A DNA stretch of 64,000 nt from Pseudomonadota bacterium. GTDB lineage: Bacteria; Pseudomonadota; Alphaproteobacteria; Rhodobacterales; Rhodobacteraceae. Position numbers and translations under genes: made by a program. Below the pieces are notes generated by a model. That model was not told the origin of the DNA. It made no database searches and saw nothing but the letters and a program-made list of their open reading frames with translations. Where the stretch lies: assembly GCA_039818265.1 (NCBI GenBank), contig JBCBUG010000012.1, forward strand, positions 45,132 through 109,131, read 5' to 3'. Of the stretch, positions 24,512-35,076 are shown piece by piece. The stretch's first letter is position 1. Each line of letters opens with the position of its first letter.

Positions 24512-25438
24512 ATGAACCATTTCCTTGATATCCACAAAACCGATACCGCATCCCTTAGAGCGATGATCGATCAGGCCAGCGAAATGAAACAGGCCCGTTT
24601 GGGTCTCCGCAAAGCCGCGCCGGATGATGAGCAGCCCCTCAAGGGCTGCATGGTTGCGCTGATCTTTGAAAAACCATCAACCCGGACGCGTGTTTCCTTT
24701 GATGTGGGCGTCCGCCAGATGGGCGGGCTGACTATGGTTCTGTCAGGGAAGGACATGCAGCTGGGCCATGGCGAAACCATCGCCGACACCGCCCGCGTTC
24801 TGTCGCGCTATGTCGATATGATCATGATCCGGACCTTTGACGAAACCATTCTGACCGAAATGGCCGAGTATTCGGACGTGCCGGTGATCAACGGGCTTAC
24901 CGACCGAACTCATCCCTGCCAGATCATGGCCGATGTCCTAACCTTCGAAGAACATCGCGGACCGATCAAAGGCAAAAAGGTTGTCTGGACAGGGGACGGC
25001 AACAATGTCTGCGCCTCGTTCCTGCATGCTGCCGGACAGTTCGGGTTTGACTTCACCTTCACCGGCCCGGCTCAGTTCGACCCCGAGGAAGAGTTCATGG
25101 GCTTTGCCCGCCAGCGGGGCTCAAAGGTCGTCGTCGAACGCGACCCACATAGAGCAGTTGAAGGGGCTGACCTAATTGTTGCGGATACCTGGGTGTCCAT
25201 GCATGATTCTCAGTCCGCGAAAGAGCGTCGCCATAACCTACTTCGCCCTTATCAGGTCAATGCCGAACTGATGTCCCATGCGAAACAGGATGCGCTGTTC
25301 ATGCATTGCCTGCCCGCACACCGTGAAGAGGAAGCAACATCCGAGGTTATGGACGGCCCGAACTCGGTCATTTTTGATGAGGCCGAAAACCGCCTGCATG
25401 CGCAAAAGGCGGTAATGCGCTGGTGTCTGGGCGTCTAA
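24512..25438 (+). CDS. argF: ornithine carbamoyltransferase
   Basis: STRTR and HCLPAHR motifs. ATG at 24512 gives MNHFLDIH. Confidence 0.93.
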   Translation: MNHFLDIHKTDTASLRAMIDQASEMKQARLGLRKAAPDDEQPLKGCMVALIFEKPSTRTRVSFDVGVRQMGGLTMVLSGKDMQLGHGETIADTARVLSRYVDMIMIRTFDETILTEMAEYSDVPVINGLTDRTHPCQIMADVLTFEEHRGPIKGKKVVWTGDGNNVCASFLHAAGQFGFDFTFTGPAQFDPEEEFMGFARQRGSKVVVERDPHRAVEGADLIVADTWVSMHDSQSAKERRHNLLRPYQVNAELMSHAKQDALFMHCLPAHREEEATSEVMDGPNSVIFDEAENRLHAQKAVMRWCLGV

Positions 25439-26034
25439 GTCCTTCGCTTCACGTCCCATACCCGCAATTTGGCGAGCGCCTGCGCGGTCGCCAAAACAAC
25501 CAGCACACAGAGTGCAGTCTTGCTTATGACTTCCATCGTGCCTTCGATCAGCATCGCATGGATCACGCTGCCGAGAATGGTGATGGTTGCGAGCCCCGCA
25601 TGACACAGCCGCCAGATGCGAAACCGAAGGCGTAGGCGCGTTCGGTAAAGGGCCAGCACAGCGGCGCCAAAGGCGGCCCACATCGCGACAACACCCCAGT
25701 CGGAAAATGGTGTCGGTGATACAAATAACAGCGCATCAATGACGTCAGGCGGGCTGGTGATCCACAAACCTCCGACATGCAACAAAATGGAGATGATCAG
25801 CGCGACGCCCAACAAACGATGCAGGTTTCTGCTGGTCATTGGGGTCAGGCCAGACAGGACTCTGGCCGCGAGCAGGGGTTGCACCAACAGAAGACCTAGG
25901 CCGATGATCCCCGAAAAACCGGCCGCAATGTAGACAGGGTCGCGCCATGTCAGCAATGGGCTGAAGCCTGCGACCATCAAAGGAATGGCCAGTGCGGCCA
26001 ACAGGCTCGCCCAGAGTACGGTTTTGCGGATCAC
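25435..26034 (-). CDS. ferric-reductase-like (YedZ/MsrQ-type) transmembrane haem-b protein
   Basis: Six predicted TM helices with conserved His in helices (HRLLG..LLH, VIHAML). GTG start 6 nt after the upstream stop. Confidence 0.6.
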   Translation of the reverse strand: MIRKTVLWASLLAALAIPLMVAGFSPLLTWRDPVYIAAGFSGIIGLGLLLVQPLLAARVLSGLTPMTSRNLHRLLGVALIISILLHVGGLWITSPPDVIDALLFVSPTPFSDWGVVAMWAAFGAAVLALYRTRLRLRFRIWRLCHAGLATITILGSVIHAMLIEGTMEVISKTALCVLVVLATAQALAKLRVWDVKRRT

Positions 26035-26039
26035 GTGGG

Positions 26040-26516
26040 TCAGATCGGTTGCAACACGAAATGCGCAGCCAGCGTTTTATCCTTAGAGCTGGACATTACG
26101 GGGCGCAGGAACACAGTCTTGTATGTGCCACTGTCATAGGCCAGGTGACCATGCGGTTGACCAAAGGCTGGAACGATTTGTGGCATTTCCAGCCGGAATT
26201 CACCATTTGCATCCGTTAGTGTCGCGCCATGGCTTTGCGGATCGCGCTCATGCCCCTCGGTGGTATGGGCCCAGATCTGGATGCGTTGACCGGGCAAGGG
26301 TGCCCCATCGCCCGCGCGACGCACCGTACCTGTCATCCAAAAGCCGCCGCCACCGATCCGTTCAACGATCGGAGCGCCCGGGCGATAATTGTTCGACCCA
26401 CCTCGCATCGATGGTGTAGGAGCAACGCCAGCCGCCAGTGCCGGTGCAAATCCGCCTGCTAGTGCGGCTGTTCCGGTCGCGATCAGGTTCCGGCGCGTGA
26501 TTAGTGAACGGGTCAT
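26040..26516 (-). CDS. Tat-exported small protein, intradiol-dioxygenase-like fold
   Basis: Twin-arginine signal MTRSLITRRNLIATGTAALAG. C-terminus GQRIQIWAHTT...DANGEFRL resembles Dioxygenase_C/carboxypeptidase-regulatory-like domains. ATG at 26516. Confidence 0.5.
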   Translation of the reverse strand: MTRSLITRRNLIATGTAALAGGFAPALAAGVAPTPSMRGGSNNYRPGAPIVERIGGGGFWMTGTVRRAGDGAPLPGQRIQIWAHTTEGHERDPQSHGATLTDANGEFRLEMPQIVPAFGQPHGHLAYDSGTYKTVFLRPVMSSSKDKTLAAHFVLQPI

Positions 26517-26787
26517 GGATACTCTCCTGTCGAACCTAATGCAGCCCTTCGTTCTATGGCCTCTATATCCAAAGATAGCACATGCGCGGACGATTCCGAG
26601 GTCGCGTCGATTGGAATCGCAAGGTTTCGCCCTCACGCCTCTGTGAGGTTCGGTGCCTGTTGCCAATACTGATAACTTCCTGCACGCAAACTGTGCGTTG
26701 ATGCGCTTTTTCTGCGCACTTTACGCTCTATATTCACATTGGCGAACGCAACATGGCCCCTCGGGCCGCCCGACTGGGAGAACAGGA

Positions 26788-27750
26788 ATGAGTTGGAACC
26801 CGTCCCACAATCCCGAATGCCTTTCCGAAAACCCGGCATTGGACACTTTGATCATCCCGCGCGCGCGTGATCTCGGAGGGTTCGAAGTGCGTCGCGCACT
26901 CCCTTCGGTTCAGCGGCAGCTTGTGGGGCCTTTCATTTTTTTCGACCAGATGGGCCCGGCGGAATTCATCACCGAAGGCGGAATCGACGTGCGCCCGCAC
27001 CCCCATATCGGGCTGGGTACCGTGACTTATCTTTATCAGGGTGAGTTCGAGCACCGCGACAGCCTGGGAACCCACCAGATGATCTATCCGGGTGAGGTCA
27101 ACTGGATGGTTGCCGGTCGCGGCGTGACCCATTCAGAACGTACGAGCGATGAGACCCGAGGCAAGCGAAACAGTTTGTTCGGTATCCAGACCTGGATCGC
27201 ACTGCCAGAACAACATGAAGACATGGCCCCTGATTTCGAGCATCACAAACAGGCTGCATTGCCGCATATTCAGGATGCGGGTGTCAGCGCGCGGCTGATC
27301 TTGGGTACAGCCTATGGCGAAACAAGCCCGGTGACCATGCTGTCTGAAACCTTCTATCTGGATGTGCAGCTCGACCCTGGTGCATCCTTCCCGCTGCCCG
27401 ACGATCATGAAGATCGGGGCGTTTATGTCACCGAAGGTCAGGTTGAGATCGCCGGAGACAGGTTTGACGCGGGGCGCATGATGGTTTTCCGTCCGGGAGA
27501 CAAACTTTCGGTTACGGCGGGGCCTCTTGGCGCGCGGCTCATGCTGTTGGGCGGGGCGACGTTGAACGAGGACCGGTATATCTGGTGGAACTTTGTATCC
27601 TCGTCGAAAGAAAAGATCGAAACCGCAACCCGCGAGTGGAAAACCGCAGATTGGGCCAATGGCGCATTCCATCTGCCGCCCGGGGATGATCAGGAGTTCA
27701 TTCCGATCTCAGAGGAATTGGAACGCACCAAGCCCCGTCTGGCACGGTGA
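26788..27750 (+). CDS. pirin family protein
   Basis: Bicupin with RPHPHIGLGTVTYL. ATG at 26788 is preceded by GGGAGAA. Confidence 0.85.
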   Translation: MSWNPSHNPECLSENPALDTLIIPRARDLGGFEVRRALPSVQRQLVGPFIFFDQMGPAEFITEGGIDVRPHPHIGLGTVTYLYQGEFEHRDSLGTHQMIYPGEVNWMVAGRGVTHSERTSDETRGKRNSLFGIQTWIALPEQHEDMAPDFEHHKQAALPHIQDAGVSARLILGTAYGETSPVTMLSETFYLDVQLDPGASFPLPDDHEDRGVYVTEGQVEIAGDRFDAGRMMVFRPGDKLSVTAGPLGARLMLLGGATLNEDRYIWWNFVSSSKEKIETATREWKTADWANGAFHLPPGDDQEFIPISEELERTKPRLAR

Positions 27751-27824
27751 ACGCTACGTCATTGAGCCATGGGCTTGTCCCGGGCTGAGAACCCGGTGAT
27801 CCTTTGTTAAGCGGAGGGATCGCC

Positions 27825-28823
27825 ATGAAGATTGTCATCGCTGGGGCTGGCAGTATCGGATGCTATTGCGGTGCGCTGCTGGCTGATGCCGGTCACGAAG
27901 TCACTTTGCTTGGACGGCCCCGGGTATTGGATCCGATCCGAAAGCAGGGCCTGACAGCCACAAACTATGCGGGGCTGCATCGCCATCTGCCCGCGCAGAA
28001 GCTGACTCTAAGCGATGATCCCAAATGCCTCGGTGGTGCCGATGCGATCATCGTGACGGTAAAATCTGGGGCCACGTCTGAAATGGCGGGTCTGATTGCT
28101 ATTCATGCGACACAAGGGGTGCCCGTTCTATCTTGGCAAAATGGGACTCAGAATGTCCAAACCCTGCGCGACGCATTGCCTGGCTACGACGTGCGCGCGG
28201 GCATGGTACCGTTTAATGTGGTCCCGACTGAACCCGCAACCTACCACTGTGCCACATCCGGTGACATCGTAGTTCAGACCGGCCCCGGAAACCTGGCTGA
28301 ACGCCTGAACAGCCCTAATCTGTCAATTTCGGCAAGCGATCAAATCGAAGCGGTCCAGTGGGGCAAACTGGTCATCAATCTGAACAACGCGCTGAACGCC
28401 TTGTCCGGACTAACACTTGTCGATCAGTTGATTGATCGACAATGGCGCTGCCTGATGGCCGACCAGATGGCCGAGGCATTGAATGTGCTGAAAGCTGCGG
28501 GCAAGCCTATCGCGTCGACTACGCCGCTACCCGCCAGCCTGACACCTTTCATTCTGCGTCTGCCAACGCCGATCTTTATGCGTGTTGCGTCGAAGATGCT
28601 GACGATTGACCCAACCGCACGCACTTCGATGGCCTATGATCTGATGCAGGGTCGCAAAACGGAAGTTGATAGCCTTCAAGGTGAGGTTATGCGTCTCGCA
28701 GAGCAAACAGGCATGAAGACACCAATTTGTGCTCGAGTTTCTGATTTGATCCAACAGCGACCCAAGCCACCCATGCGCCCACAGGAGATACGGCCTCGGG
28801 CAAAGGCGGTCGGAGGCAGGTAG
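27825..28823 (+). CDS. 2-dehydropantoate 2-reductase family protein
   Basis: MKIVIAGAGSIGCY Rossmann N-terminus and ApbA/PanE-like length. GGAGGG RBS. Confidence 0.75.
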   Translation: MKIVIAGAGSIGCYCGALLADAGHEVTLLGRPRVLDPIRKQGLTATNYAGLHRHLPAQKLTLSDDPKCLGGADAIIVTVKSGATSEMAGLIAIHATQGVPVLSWQNGTQNVQTLRDALPGYDVRAGMVPFNVVPTEPATYHCATSGDIVVQTGPGNLAERLNSPNLSISASDQIEAVQWGKLVINLNNALNALSGLTLVDQLIDRQWRCLMADQMAEALNVLKAAGKPIASTTPLPASLTPFILRLPTPIFMRVASKMLTIDPTARTSMAYDLMQGRKTEVDSLQGEVMRLAEQTGMKTPICARVSDLIQQRPKPPMRPQEIRPRAKAVGGR

Positions 28824-29104
28824 ATCAGTCTGGATAAGACCGTGCCTTTGATGTTCCTGGCGGATTTGCCCGGGGCGCTGAAAGCGGGCGTTTTCCAACG
28901 TCGATCTATGTTGCTGGTTTATCTCCGCAGCAGCATGAACGATCGATGCTCCTTCCGGATTTCTAAACCGAGCAAATTAATCAGCCCCATCACGACCTTC
29001 AACTGGGCACGATGCGCGGCAGCGCTACACGAGAGCTCGCGGTGTTAACGTGCCAGTGGTTTCCCAGTAACGGGGCAGCGAGTTCTGGCTGGCTTCGACA
29101 CGTG

Positions 29105-29566
29105 CTACTTGATCTTCAGTAGTAAGGCCTGCAATTCTGGCTCTCTGACCAAAGTGGCCGCTGTTTTGGGGGTAACCCAGTTGCGCTTTCGTTGGCCAAT
29201 TTCGGGGAATTCATCGGCCAGCGCGCGCACCGCAACGCGATAGACGCTTGTCAGAACCGGCTGTGCAGAACCGTCTTTTAGTATTTTGTCGTAGGTGAAG
29301 TGGCCGAACGGGTTCTTTTCAACCATGTCAGCTTCAACGCCGGCCTCTTCCCAGGCTTCTTGCGCGGCGGTTTCTGCGCCATCCAGTCCGTCAATCGGCC
29401 AACCTTTTGGAATTATCCAACGCCCGGTATCGCGGCTGGTAATCAGCAGAACCTCGGGGCCCGCATCGGTTTGTCGCGTGCACAGGGCTGCAAATTGCAC
29501 CCGGCGCGGGCGCAGAAACAGGGGTTTTGCGACCTCTTCCCATATGTTGCGAAACCAATGTGACAT
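29105..29566 (-). CDS. NUDIX hydrolase
   Basis: GRWIIPKGW...ETAAQEAWEEAGV. ATG at 29566 (MSHWF). Confidence 0.75.
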   Translation of the reverse strand: MSHWFRNIWEEVAKPLFLRPRRVQFAALCTRQTDAGPEVLLITSRDTGRWIIPKGWPIDGLDGAETAAQEAWEEAGVEADMVEKNPFGHFTYDKILKDGSAQPVLTSVYRVAVRALADEFPEIGQRKRNWVTPKTAATLVREPELQALLLKIK

Positions 29567-29727
29567 AGTCAAAATATCAGGTGCTTTTCTCGATTCTTCG
29601 GCCGTTCAGTTAACCATTGAGCCAGGATATTTCAACAAATCCGTGACCAAAAGATTAATATTTTACCCGTTTTTAAGGAAATATGTGTCTTTTTGTGGGA
29701 TTTAGTGGTTGATGCCCCCGATCTGCC

Positions 29728-32178
29728 TCAGCTTTTGCGACGTTTGTCGCGCAAGGTTGGGTCTGCTTGCGTTGGATCTTCGGGCCAGGGGTGTTTGGGA
29801 TACTGCGCCCGCATATCTTTGCGGACATCCGCATAGGACCCGGACCAGAACCCGGGCAAATCCCGCGTGATCTGAATTGGGCGCTGTGCAGGGGACAGCA
29901 GGGTGATCTTAAGCGGCGCGCCTGCGACAACGGGATGTTGCGCGACCCCGAAAAGCTCCTGCAGGCGAACTGCGATTTCGGGTACGTCGCCTCCATAGTC
30001 AATCGGCACTTTGCGCCCCAATGGCGTGCTGAAAGACCCCGGCGCACGCTTGTCCAACTCTTGCATCTGCCCCCAATCCAGCCGCGCCCGAAGCGCAGGT
30101 AGTAGGTCAAAGCGCTTCCAGTCTTCGGCGCTGCGCACACCGGACAGCATGGGCAATAGCCAGTCTTCAAGAGAAGACATCAGCCCTTCGATTGAAAAAT
30201 CCGGCAGATTGACTCCGTCGGCGTGCACCAGTTCGACTCGTGCCGCGAAACGCGCGGCAGCGCCTTCCAGGCGCAGCCCCAGATCGCGCACACCGTCCAA
30301 CATTGCTTGTGCCACGGCGTCATCGGGAACGTCTTTCCACAGGCGGTCGCTCAGGGTGATCGCACCTAGCCGTTCCTGCTGTCGTGCGATCACGCGCCGT
30401 TCGCGCTTGGACCAGGTGCAGGTATCAACCCAACACAGCTGGTTGGCGAACTGGTCGCGGATGTCGCGTTCGGAAATCTGCACCGCCATCCGTACGCGGG
30501 CTTCGCGCGGGTTCCCGTCGGTGTCGAGCACGACAAGATAGGGCGCGGTGGCCAGGGTATCGTCGTTTTCCAGCACCACGCCTTTGCCGCCCGACAGGAC
30601 ATAGCGTGGTGTATCCCCTTTGCGCCTTTGCCCGATCCGATCGGGATAGGCGAGTGCCGCCATCGCTGCGGCGCTGAGGGTTTCGTCCTGAGGTTGTACC
30701 ATCGCGCGCAGACGTTTCGTTTCGCCCTTGATCCGATCCACGAAGCTTGGATTGACCTGCCAGGGCTTTTCCCTTTGAAAAGCGCGTGTATCGCGGATCG
30801 CAGCCATCCTGAGGGTCAGATCGACCGGAGCGCCCTTAAGGGGATCTCGTTCAGCCAGTAACGCGGCCAGCGGGGCTGACTGTGCTCCGGCGCGAACCAT
30901 CATATGGCCCAAACGCGGGTGTAAAGGCAGGGATGCCAAACGCCGCCCGTGATCTGTGATCCGCCCTTTGTCATCAAGCGCGCCAAGCATTCGCAACAGT
31001 GATCGCGCCTCGGCCAATGTGCCATCAGGTGGAGAGGTCAGAAACGCAAGATCACCAGCTTCCGCACCCCACAAGGCAAGCTCTAACGCGAGCCCGGTCA
31101 GGTCAGCGGCCTCAATTTCTGCGGGAGGATAGGCATGCAACGCACCTTCCTCGCCCTTTGACCACAACCGATAGCAGACCCCTTCGGCCACACGGCCCGC
31201 GCGGCCAGTTCGCTGGGTGGCTTCGGCTCGTGTGACGCGTTCGGTCACCAGCCGCGACATGCCCGAGCCCGGATCGAACCGCGCCCGCCGAGCCTGGCCC
31301 ATATCCACGACCACGCGGATGTCGGGAATGGTCAGCGAGGTTTCCGCGATTGATGTTGCCAGCACCACTTTGCGCCCCGTTTCAACTGGCGCTATGGCAG
31401 CGCGCTGGGCAGCAAAAGGCAGGGCACCGAACAAAGGGCGTAACGTGCAGGTCTTTGGCAAGCGCTGGCTGAGCGCGGCTTCGGCCCGTCGAATTTCACC
31501 TTCGCCGGGTAGGAAAACCAGAATACCGCCGCCAATCGCCTGCGTCTCGGACACTGCCGTTTCAATCAGATCAATCAGCGCATCCAACCGTCTGGCCTGT
31601 GGGCCCAGCGGGCGGTCAAGCCAACGGGTTTCAACCGGATAGCTGCGCCCTTCCGAGGTCACGAGAGGGGCTTCCATTAACCGACCGACCGGCTCAGCGT
31701 CCAGCGTGGCCGACATCGCCACCAGTATAAGGTCATCGCGCAACGCCCCGGCGACCTCAAGGCACAGCGCCAGACCCAGATCGGCGTTCAGGGATCGTTC
31801 GTGAAACTCATCAAAGATCACAGCCCCGACACCAGGAAGATCAGGGTCAGATTGCAGCATTCGGGTCAGGATGCCTTCGGTCACGACCTCAATCCGTGTA
31901 GCGTTCGAGGTTCTGGCCTCACCACGGACCCTGTAGCCGACGGTTTGACCCGCGCGCTCACCCAGCGTCTCCGCCATGCGTTCAGCAGCCGCGCGCGCGG
32001 CCAAGCGGCGGGGTTCCAGCATTACGATCTTACCGGTACAAAGCCCGGCCTTTAGCATTGCCAGAGGAACGCGGGTGGTCTTGCCCGCGCCGGGTGGGGC
32101 TTGCAGAACGGCGCGCCCATGGTCCCGGAGGGCTGAAATCAATTCGGGAAGCGCGTCGTCTATCGGCAGTCGTGTCAT
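29728..32178 (-). CDS. hrpB: ATP-dependent RNA helicase HrpB
   Basis: Walker A GAGKTT, DEFHER box and an HrpB C-terminal domain. 816 aa. Confidence 0.92.
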   Translation of the reverse strand: MTRLPIDDALPELISALRDHGRAVLQAPPGAGKTTRVPLAMLKAGLCTGKIVMLEPRRLAARAAAERMAETLGERAGQTVGYRVRGEARTSNATRIEVVTEGILTRMLQSDPDLPGVGAVIFDEFHERSLNADLGLALCLEVAGALRDDLILVAMSATLDAEPVGRLMEAPLVTSEGRSYPVETRWLDRPLGPQARRLDALIDLIETAVSETQAIGGGILVFLPGEGEIRRAEAALSQRLPKTCTLRPLFGALPFAAQRAAIAPVETGRKVVLATSIAETSLTIPDIRVVVDMGQARRARFDPGSGMSRLVTERVTRAEATQRTGRAGRVAEGVCYRLWSKGEEGALHAYPPAEIEAADLTGLALELALWGAEAGDLAFLTSPPDGTLAEARSLLRMLGALDDKGRITDHGRRLASLPLHPRLGHMMVRAGAQSAPLAALLAERDPLKGAPVDLTLRMAAIRDTRAFQREKPWQVNPSFVDRIKGETKRLRAMVQPQDETLSAAAMAALAYPDRIGQRRKGDTPRYVLSGGKGVVLENDDTLATAPYLVVLDTDGNPREARVRMAVQISERDIRDQFANQLCWVDTCTWSKRERRVIARQQERLGAITLSDRLWKDVPDDAVAQAMLDGVRDLGLRLEGAAARFAARVELVHADGVNLPDFSIEGLMSSLEDWLLPMLSGVRSAEDWKRFDLLPALRARLDWGQMQELDKRAPGSFSTPLGRKVPIDYGGDVPEIAVRLQELFGVAQHPVVAGAPLKITLLSPAQRPIQITRDLPGFWSGSYADVRKDMRAQYPKHPWPEDPTQADPTLRDKRRKS

Positions 32179-32300
32179 ACCGTCTTATCGCCAAAGCACT
32201 GACCAAGGTCCAGAAGGCCCAAACGAAACACCGGATGTGCTCTGGACAATTGCGGCGTGGCACCGTCATTTAGGGCAAATCTCCGAAAAAGGCCGGGTGG

Positions 32301-33278
32301 ATGGACATAGCTGAATTGGGTGAAAGGATCATGCAGGGCGAGCGCCGGGCCCTGGCGCGCGCAATCACGCTGGTCGAGAGCATCCGTGCAGATCATCGGG
32401 AACAGGCGTCGGAACTGCTGAACTACCTGGCGCAATCAGGACGACAATCATTGCGCATTGGCTTGTCGGGCACACCGGGTGTGGGCAAATCCACCTTCAT
32501 CGAAAGCTTTGGTATGATGTTGACAGGGCAAGGCCTGCGTGTTGCGGTTCTGGCGGTTGATCCAAGTTCGGCCCGATCTGGTGGGTCGATCCTGGGCGAC
32601 AAGACCCGGATGGAACGTCTGAGCCGCGACCCAAACGCCTTTATCCGACCTTCACCCAGCCAAAGCCAGCTGGGGGGTGTCGCCCGTCGCACGCGCGAAG
32701 CCATCGCGCTGTGTGAGGCGGCAGGATATGATGTCGTATTAATCGAAACCGTGGGCGTCGGCCAGTCGGAAACCGTGGTGTCTGAGCTCTCCGATCTGTT
32801 CGTGCTGCTGCTTGCTCCGGCGGGCGGGGATGAGTTGCAGGGCGTCAAACGCGGTATAATGGAGATGGCAGATATCATCCTGATCAATAAGGCCGATGGT
32901 GACCTGAAGGCGACTGCGACACGCACCTGCGCGGATTATGCCGGTGCCCTGCGCCTGCTACGCAAACGCCCGCAGGACCCGGACGGGTTTCCCAAAGCGA
33001 TGACAGTCTCAGCCATTGAAGAAAATGGCCTCGACCAAGCCTGGGCAGAGATACAGTCGCTCAGCCAATGGCGGCGGGACAACGGGTTTTGGACAACAAA
33101 CCGAGCTGCACAGGCCCGCTACTGGTTCGATCAAGAGGTTCGGCATGCTCTGCTGGCCCGTCTCGACACACCCGAGGCGCGCCGGGAAATGGATGAGCTG
33201 AGCACTGAGGTGTGTCAAGGTACGATCAGCCCCACGACCGCTGCGCGGCATATGTTGTCAAAACTCTCTGCCACCTGA
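32301..33278 (+). CDS. meaB: methylmalonyl-CoA mutase-associated GTPase MeaB/ArgK
   Basis: P-loop GTPGVGKST, NKAD motif and RALARAITLVES N-terminus. Confidence 0.9.
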   Translation: MDIAELGERIMQGERRALARAITLVESIRADHREQASELLNYLAQSGRQSLRIGLSGTPGVGKSTFIESFGMMLTGQGLRVAVLAVDPSSARSGGSILGDKTRMERLSRDPNAFIRPSPSQSQLGGVARRTREAIALCEAAGYDVVLIETVGVGQSETVVSELSDLFVLLLAPAGGDELQGVKRGIMEMADIILINKADGDLKATATRTCADYAGALRLLRKRPQDPDGFPKAMTVSAIEENGLDQAWAEIQSLSQWRRDNGFWTTNRAAQARYWFDQEVRHALLARLDTPEARREMDELSTEVCQGTISPTTAARHMLSKLSAT

Positions 33279-33422
33279 TTCAGTCTTCGGGTGTTTTGGC
33301 CCGGGCCTTGATGCGCGCGGCGTCTCATCGCACTATGGTTGCGTATTGTATCGGATCATGCCGATCTGGTCGCGTAATTGGTTGCTATCTTAGACCTGAC
33401 TGTTGCTTGGGAATAGAGGACG

Positions 33423-34613
33423 ATGCCCAATATAAGGGGTACCAATGGCAACGACATAATCGACGTTACCGATGACAACGGTACGTTGAATGGTACGCCT
33501 CAGGGTACTCCGATTGACAATATTCGCGGCCGTGGAGGCAGCGACCAGATCACGGTTACGAACAGCACGGTTATCGGAGTTGTACGTGGCAACGGGGGTG
33601 GTGACGATATTACCATCACCGGCAGCACAGTTGGAACGCTGAATGCCGGAGGGGGCGCGGATACCGTCGTTGTCCGTGGGTCCGACATCAGCAGCATCGC
33701 ATTGGGGAATGGCAACGATACGCTGGATTTCCAAAGCACCAGTGTGTCAGGTACGGTCGAAGGCGGCGGTGGTACCGATACGTTGAACCTACCCGAAGGT
33801 ACCGTGATCACTGACAGTACGTTCGGCACAATCACAGTTGTGGCTGGCACGAGCTATTCGCTGTCCAGCGGGTCGTTCACCCTACCGTCGGGAACAATTG
33901 TCACGTATACAGGGTTCGAAAATGGTGCCGGGTTTCCGTGCTTTACCCGCGATACTCTGATCGCAACGGATTGCGGATTTTGCCCGATCCAGAACATCAC
34001 GGCCGGGGACAGGGTCCAGACGGTTGGATTGGGACCCCAAACTGTGCGTTGGGCAGGGCGGCGGGCGTTCACAACCCGTGACCTTGAACAGGATCCCAAA
34101 CTACGCCCGGTGCGCATCGTGGCAAGCGCCTTGGGACAGGGGATGCCTAACCGCGATTTGCTGGTCTCGCGCCAGCACCGGATGCTGGTTCAATCCAAAA
34201 TCGCGCAGCGCATGTTCGGAGCGCCCGAAGTTCTTATTCCGGCGATCAAGCTAACCTCCGTGCCGGGTATCTATGTGGATCACGAGGTTCAGTCGGTCGA
34301 GTATTTCCACTTGCTGTTTGACCGGCATGAGGTGATCTATGCCGAAGGCGCCCCAACCGAGAGCTTGTATACCGGCCCCGAGGCGTTGAAATCGCTCAGC
34401 ATCTCTGCGCGGCGTGAGATATTCAAGATATTCCCGGAGCTGGCGGATCACGATCACAGCCCCGACCCGGCGCGGCTGATCCCGCGGGGCAAGTTGCAGA
34501 CCCGGCTGGTTTCGCGTCATTTGAAAAACAACAAACCTTTGTTGCATACGCCGGTCGCGCTGGCATTCAGAGAAGGTACTGAGCGCGCAAATATTCCGCG
34601 TAACCTGTCTTGA
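33423..34613 (+). CDS. Hint (Hedgehog/intein-like) domain protein with N-terminal RTX-like Gly/Asp repeats
   Basis: Five repeats of the G-G-x-D-x-(I/V/L) type occupy aa 35-122. The Hint module starts at Cys173 (PCFTRDTLIATD...RWAGRR), as in the Rhodobacteraceae Hint family. Confidence 0.85.
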   Translation: MPNIRGTNGNDIIDVTDDNGTLNGTPQGTPIDNIRGRGGSDQITVTNSTVIGVVRGNGGGDDITITGSTVGTLNAGGGADTVVVRGSDISSIALGNGNDTLDFQSTSVSGTVEGGGGTDTLNLPEGTVITDSTFGTITVVAGTSYSLSSGSFTLPSGTIVTYTGFENGAGFPCFTRDTLIATDCGFCPIQNITAGDRVQTVGLGPQTVRWAGRRAFTTRDLEQDPKLRPVRIVASALGQGMPNRDLLVSRQHRMLVQSKIAQRMFGAPEVLIPAIKLTSVPGIYVDHEVQSVEYFHLLFDRHEVIYAEGAPTESLYTGPEALKSLSISARREIFKIFPELADHDHSPDPARLIPRGKLQTRLVSRHLKNNKPLLHTPVALAFREGTERANIPRNLS

Positions 34614-34732
34614 CCCTACCTGCGATTCCCACTACACGCATCCAACCAGTTTTCGGGCGCGACTTCGGGTTGCGCCCCTTGTGATTTGGCCGCAGGTGTA
34701 TTGCCCGGCCTCCAGAAACAAAGGAAGAAACC

Positions 34733-35020
34733 ATGTCGCGCCGTTGCGAACTGACCGGAAAAGGCCCGATGACTGGCAACAATGTCAGCCACGCCAAAAA
34801 CAGAACTCGTCGTCGTTTTCTGCCGAACCTGAACGATGTCACCCTGCAATCCGAAACCCTGGGCCGTGGCGTTAAGCTGCGTATCTCGGCGGCTGCGCTG
34901 CGTTCTGTCGACCACCGCGGTGGTCTGGACGCGTTCCTGGCGAAAGCCAAGGACGAAGAGCTGTCTGCGAACGCATTGAAAGTGAAAAAGGAAATCGCCA
35001 AGGCGCAAGCGTCGGCGTAA
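34733..35020 (+). CDS. rpmB: 50S ribosomal protein L28
   Basis: [43 protein letters not shown]. Confidence 0.96.
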   Translation: MSRRCELTGKGPMTGNNVSHAKNRTRRRFLPNLNDVTLQSETLGRGVKLRISAAALRSVDHRGGLDAFLAKAKDEELSANALKVKKEIAKAQASA

Positions 35021-35045
35021 CCTACTTAAACATTCTGTTTGAATG

Positions 35046-35076
35046 ACCCCGTACCCGATTGGTGCGGGGTTTTTCA
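35046..35076 (+). terminator. rho-independent terminator of rpmB
   Basis: Stem ACCCCG..CGGGGT followed by TTTTTCATTTT. Confidence 0.7.
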
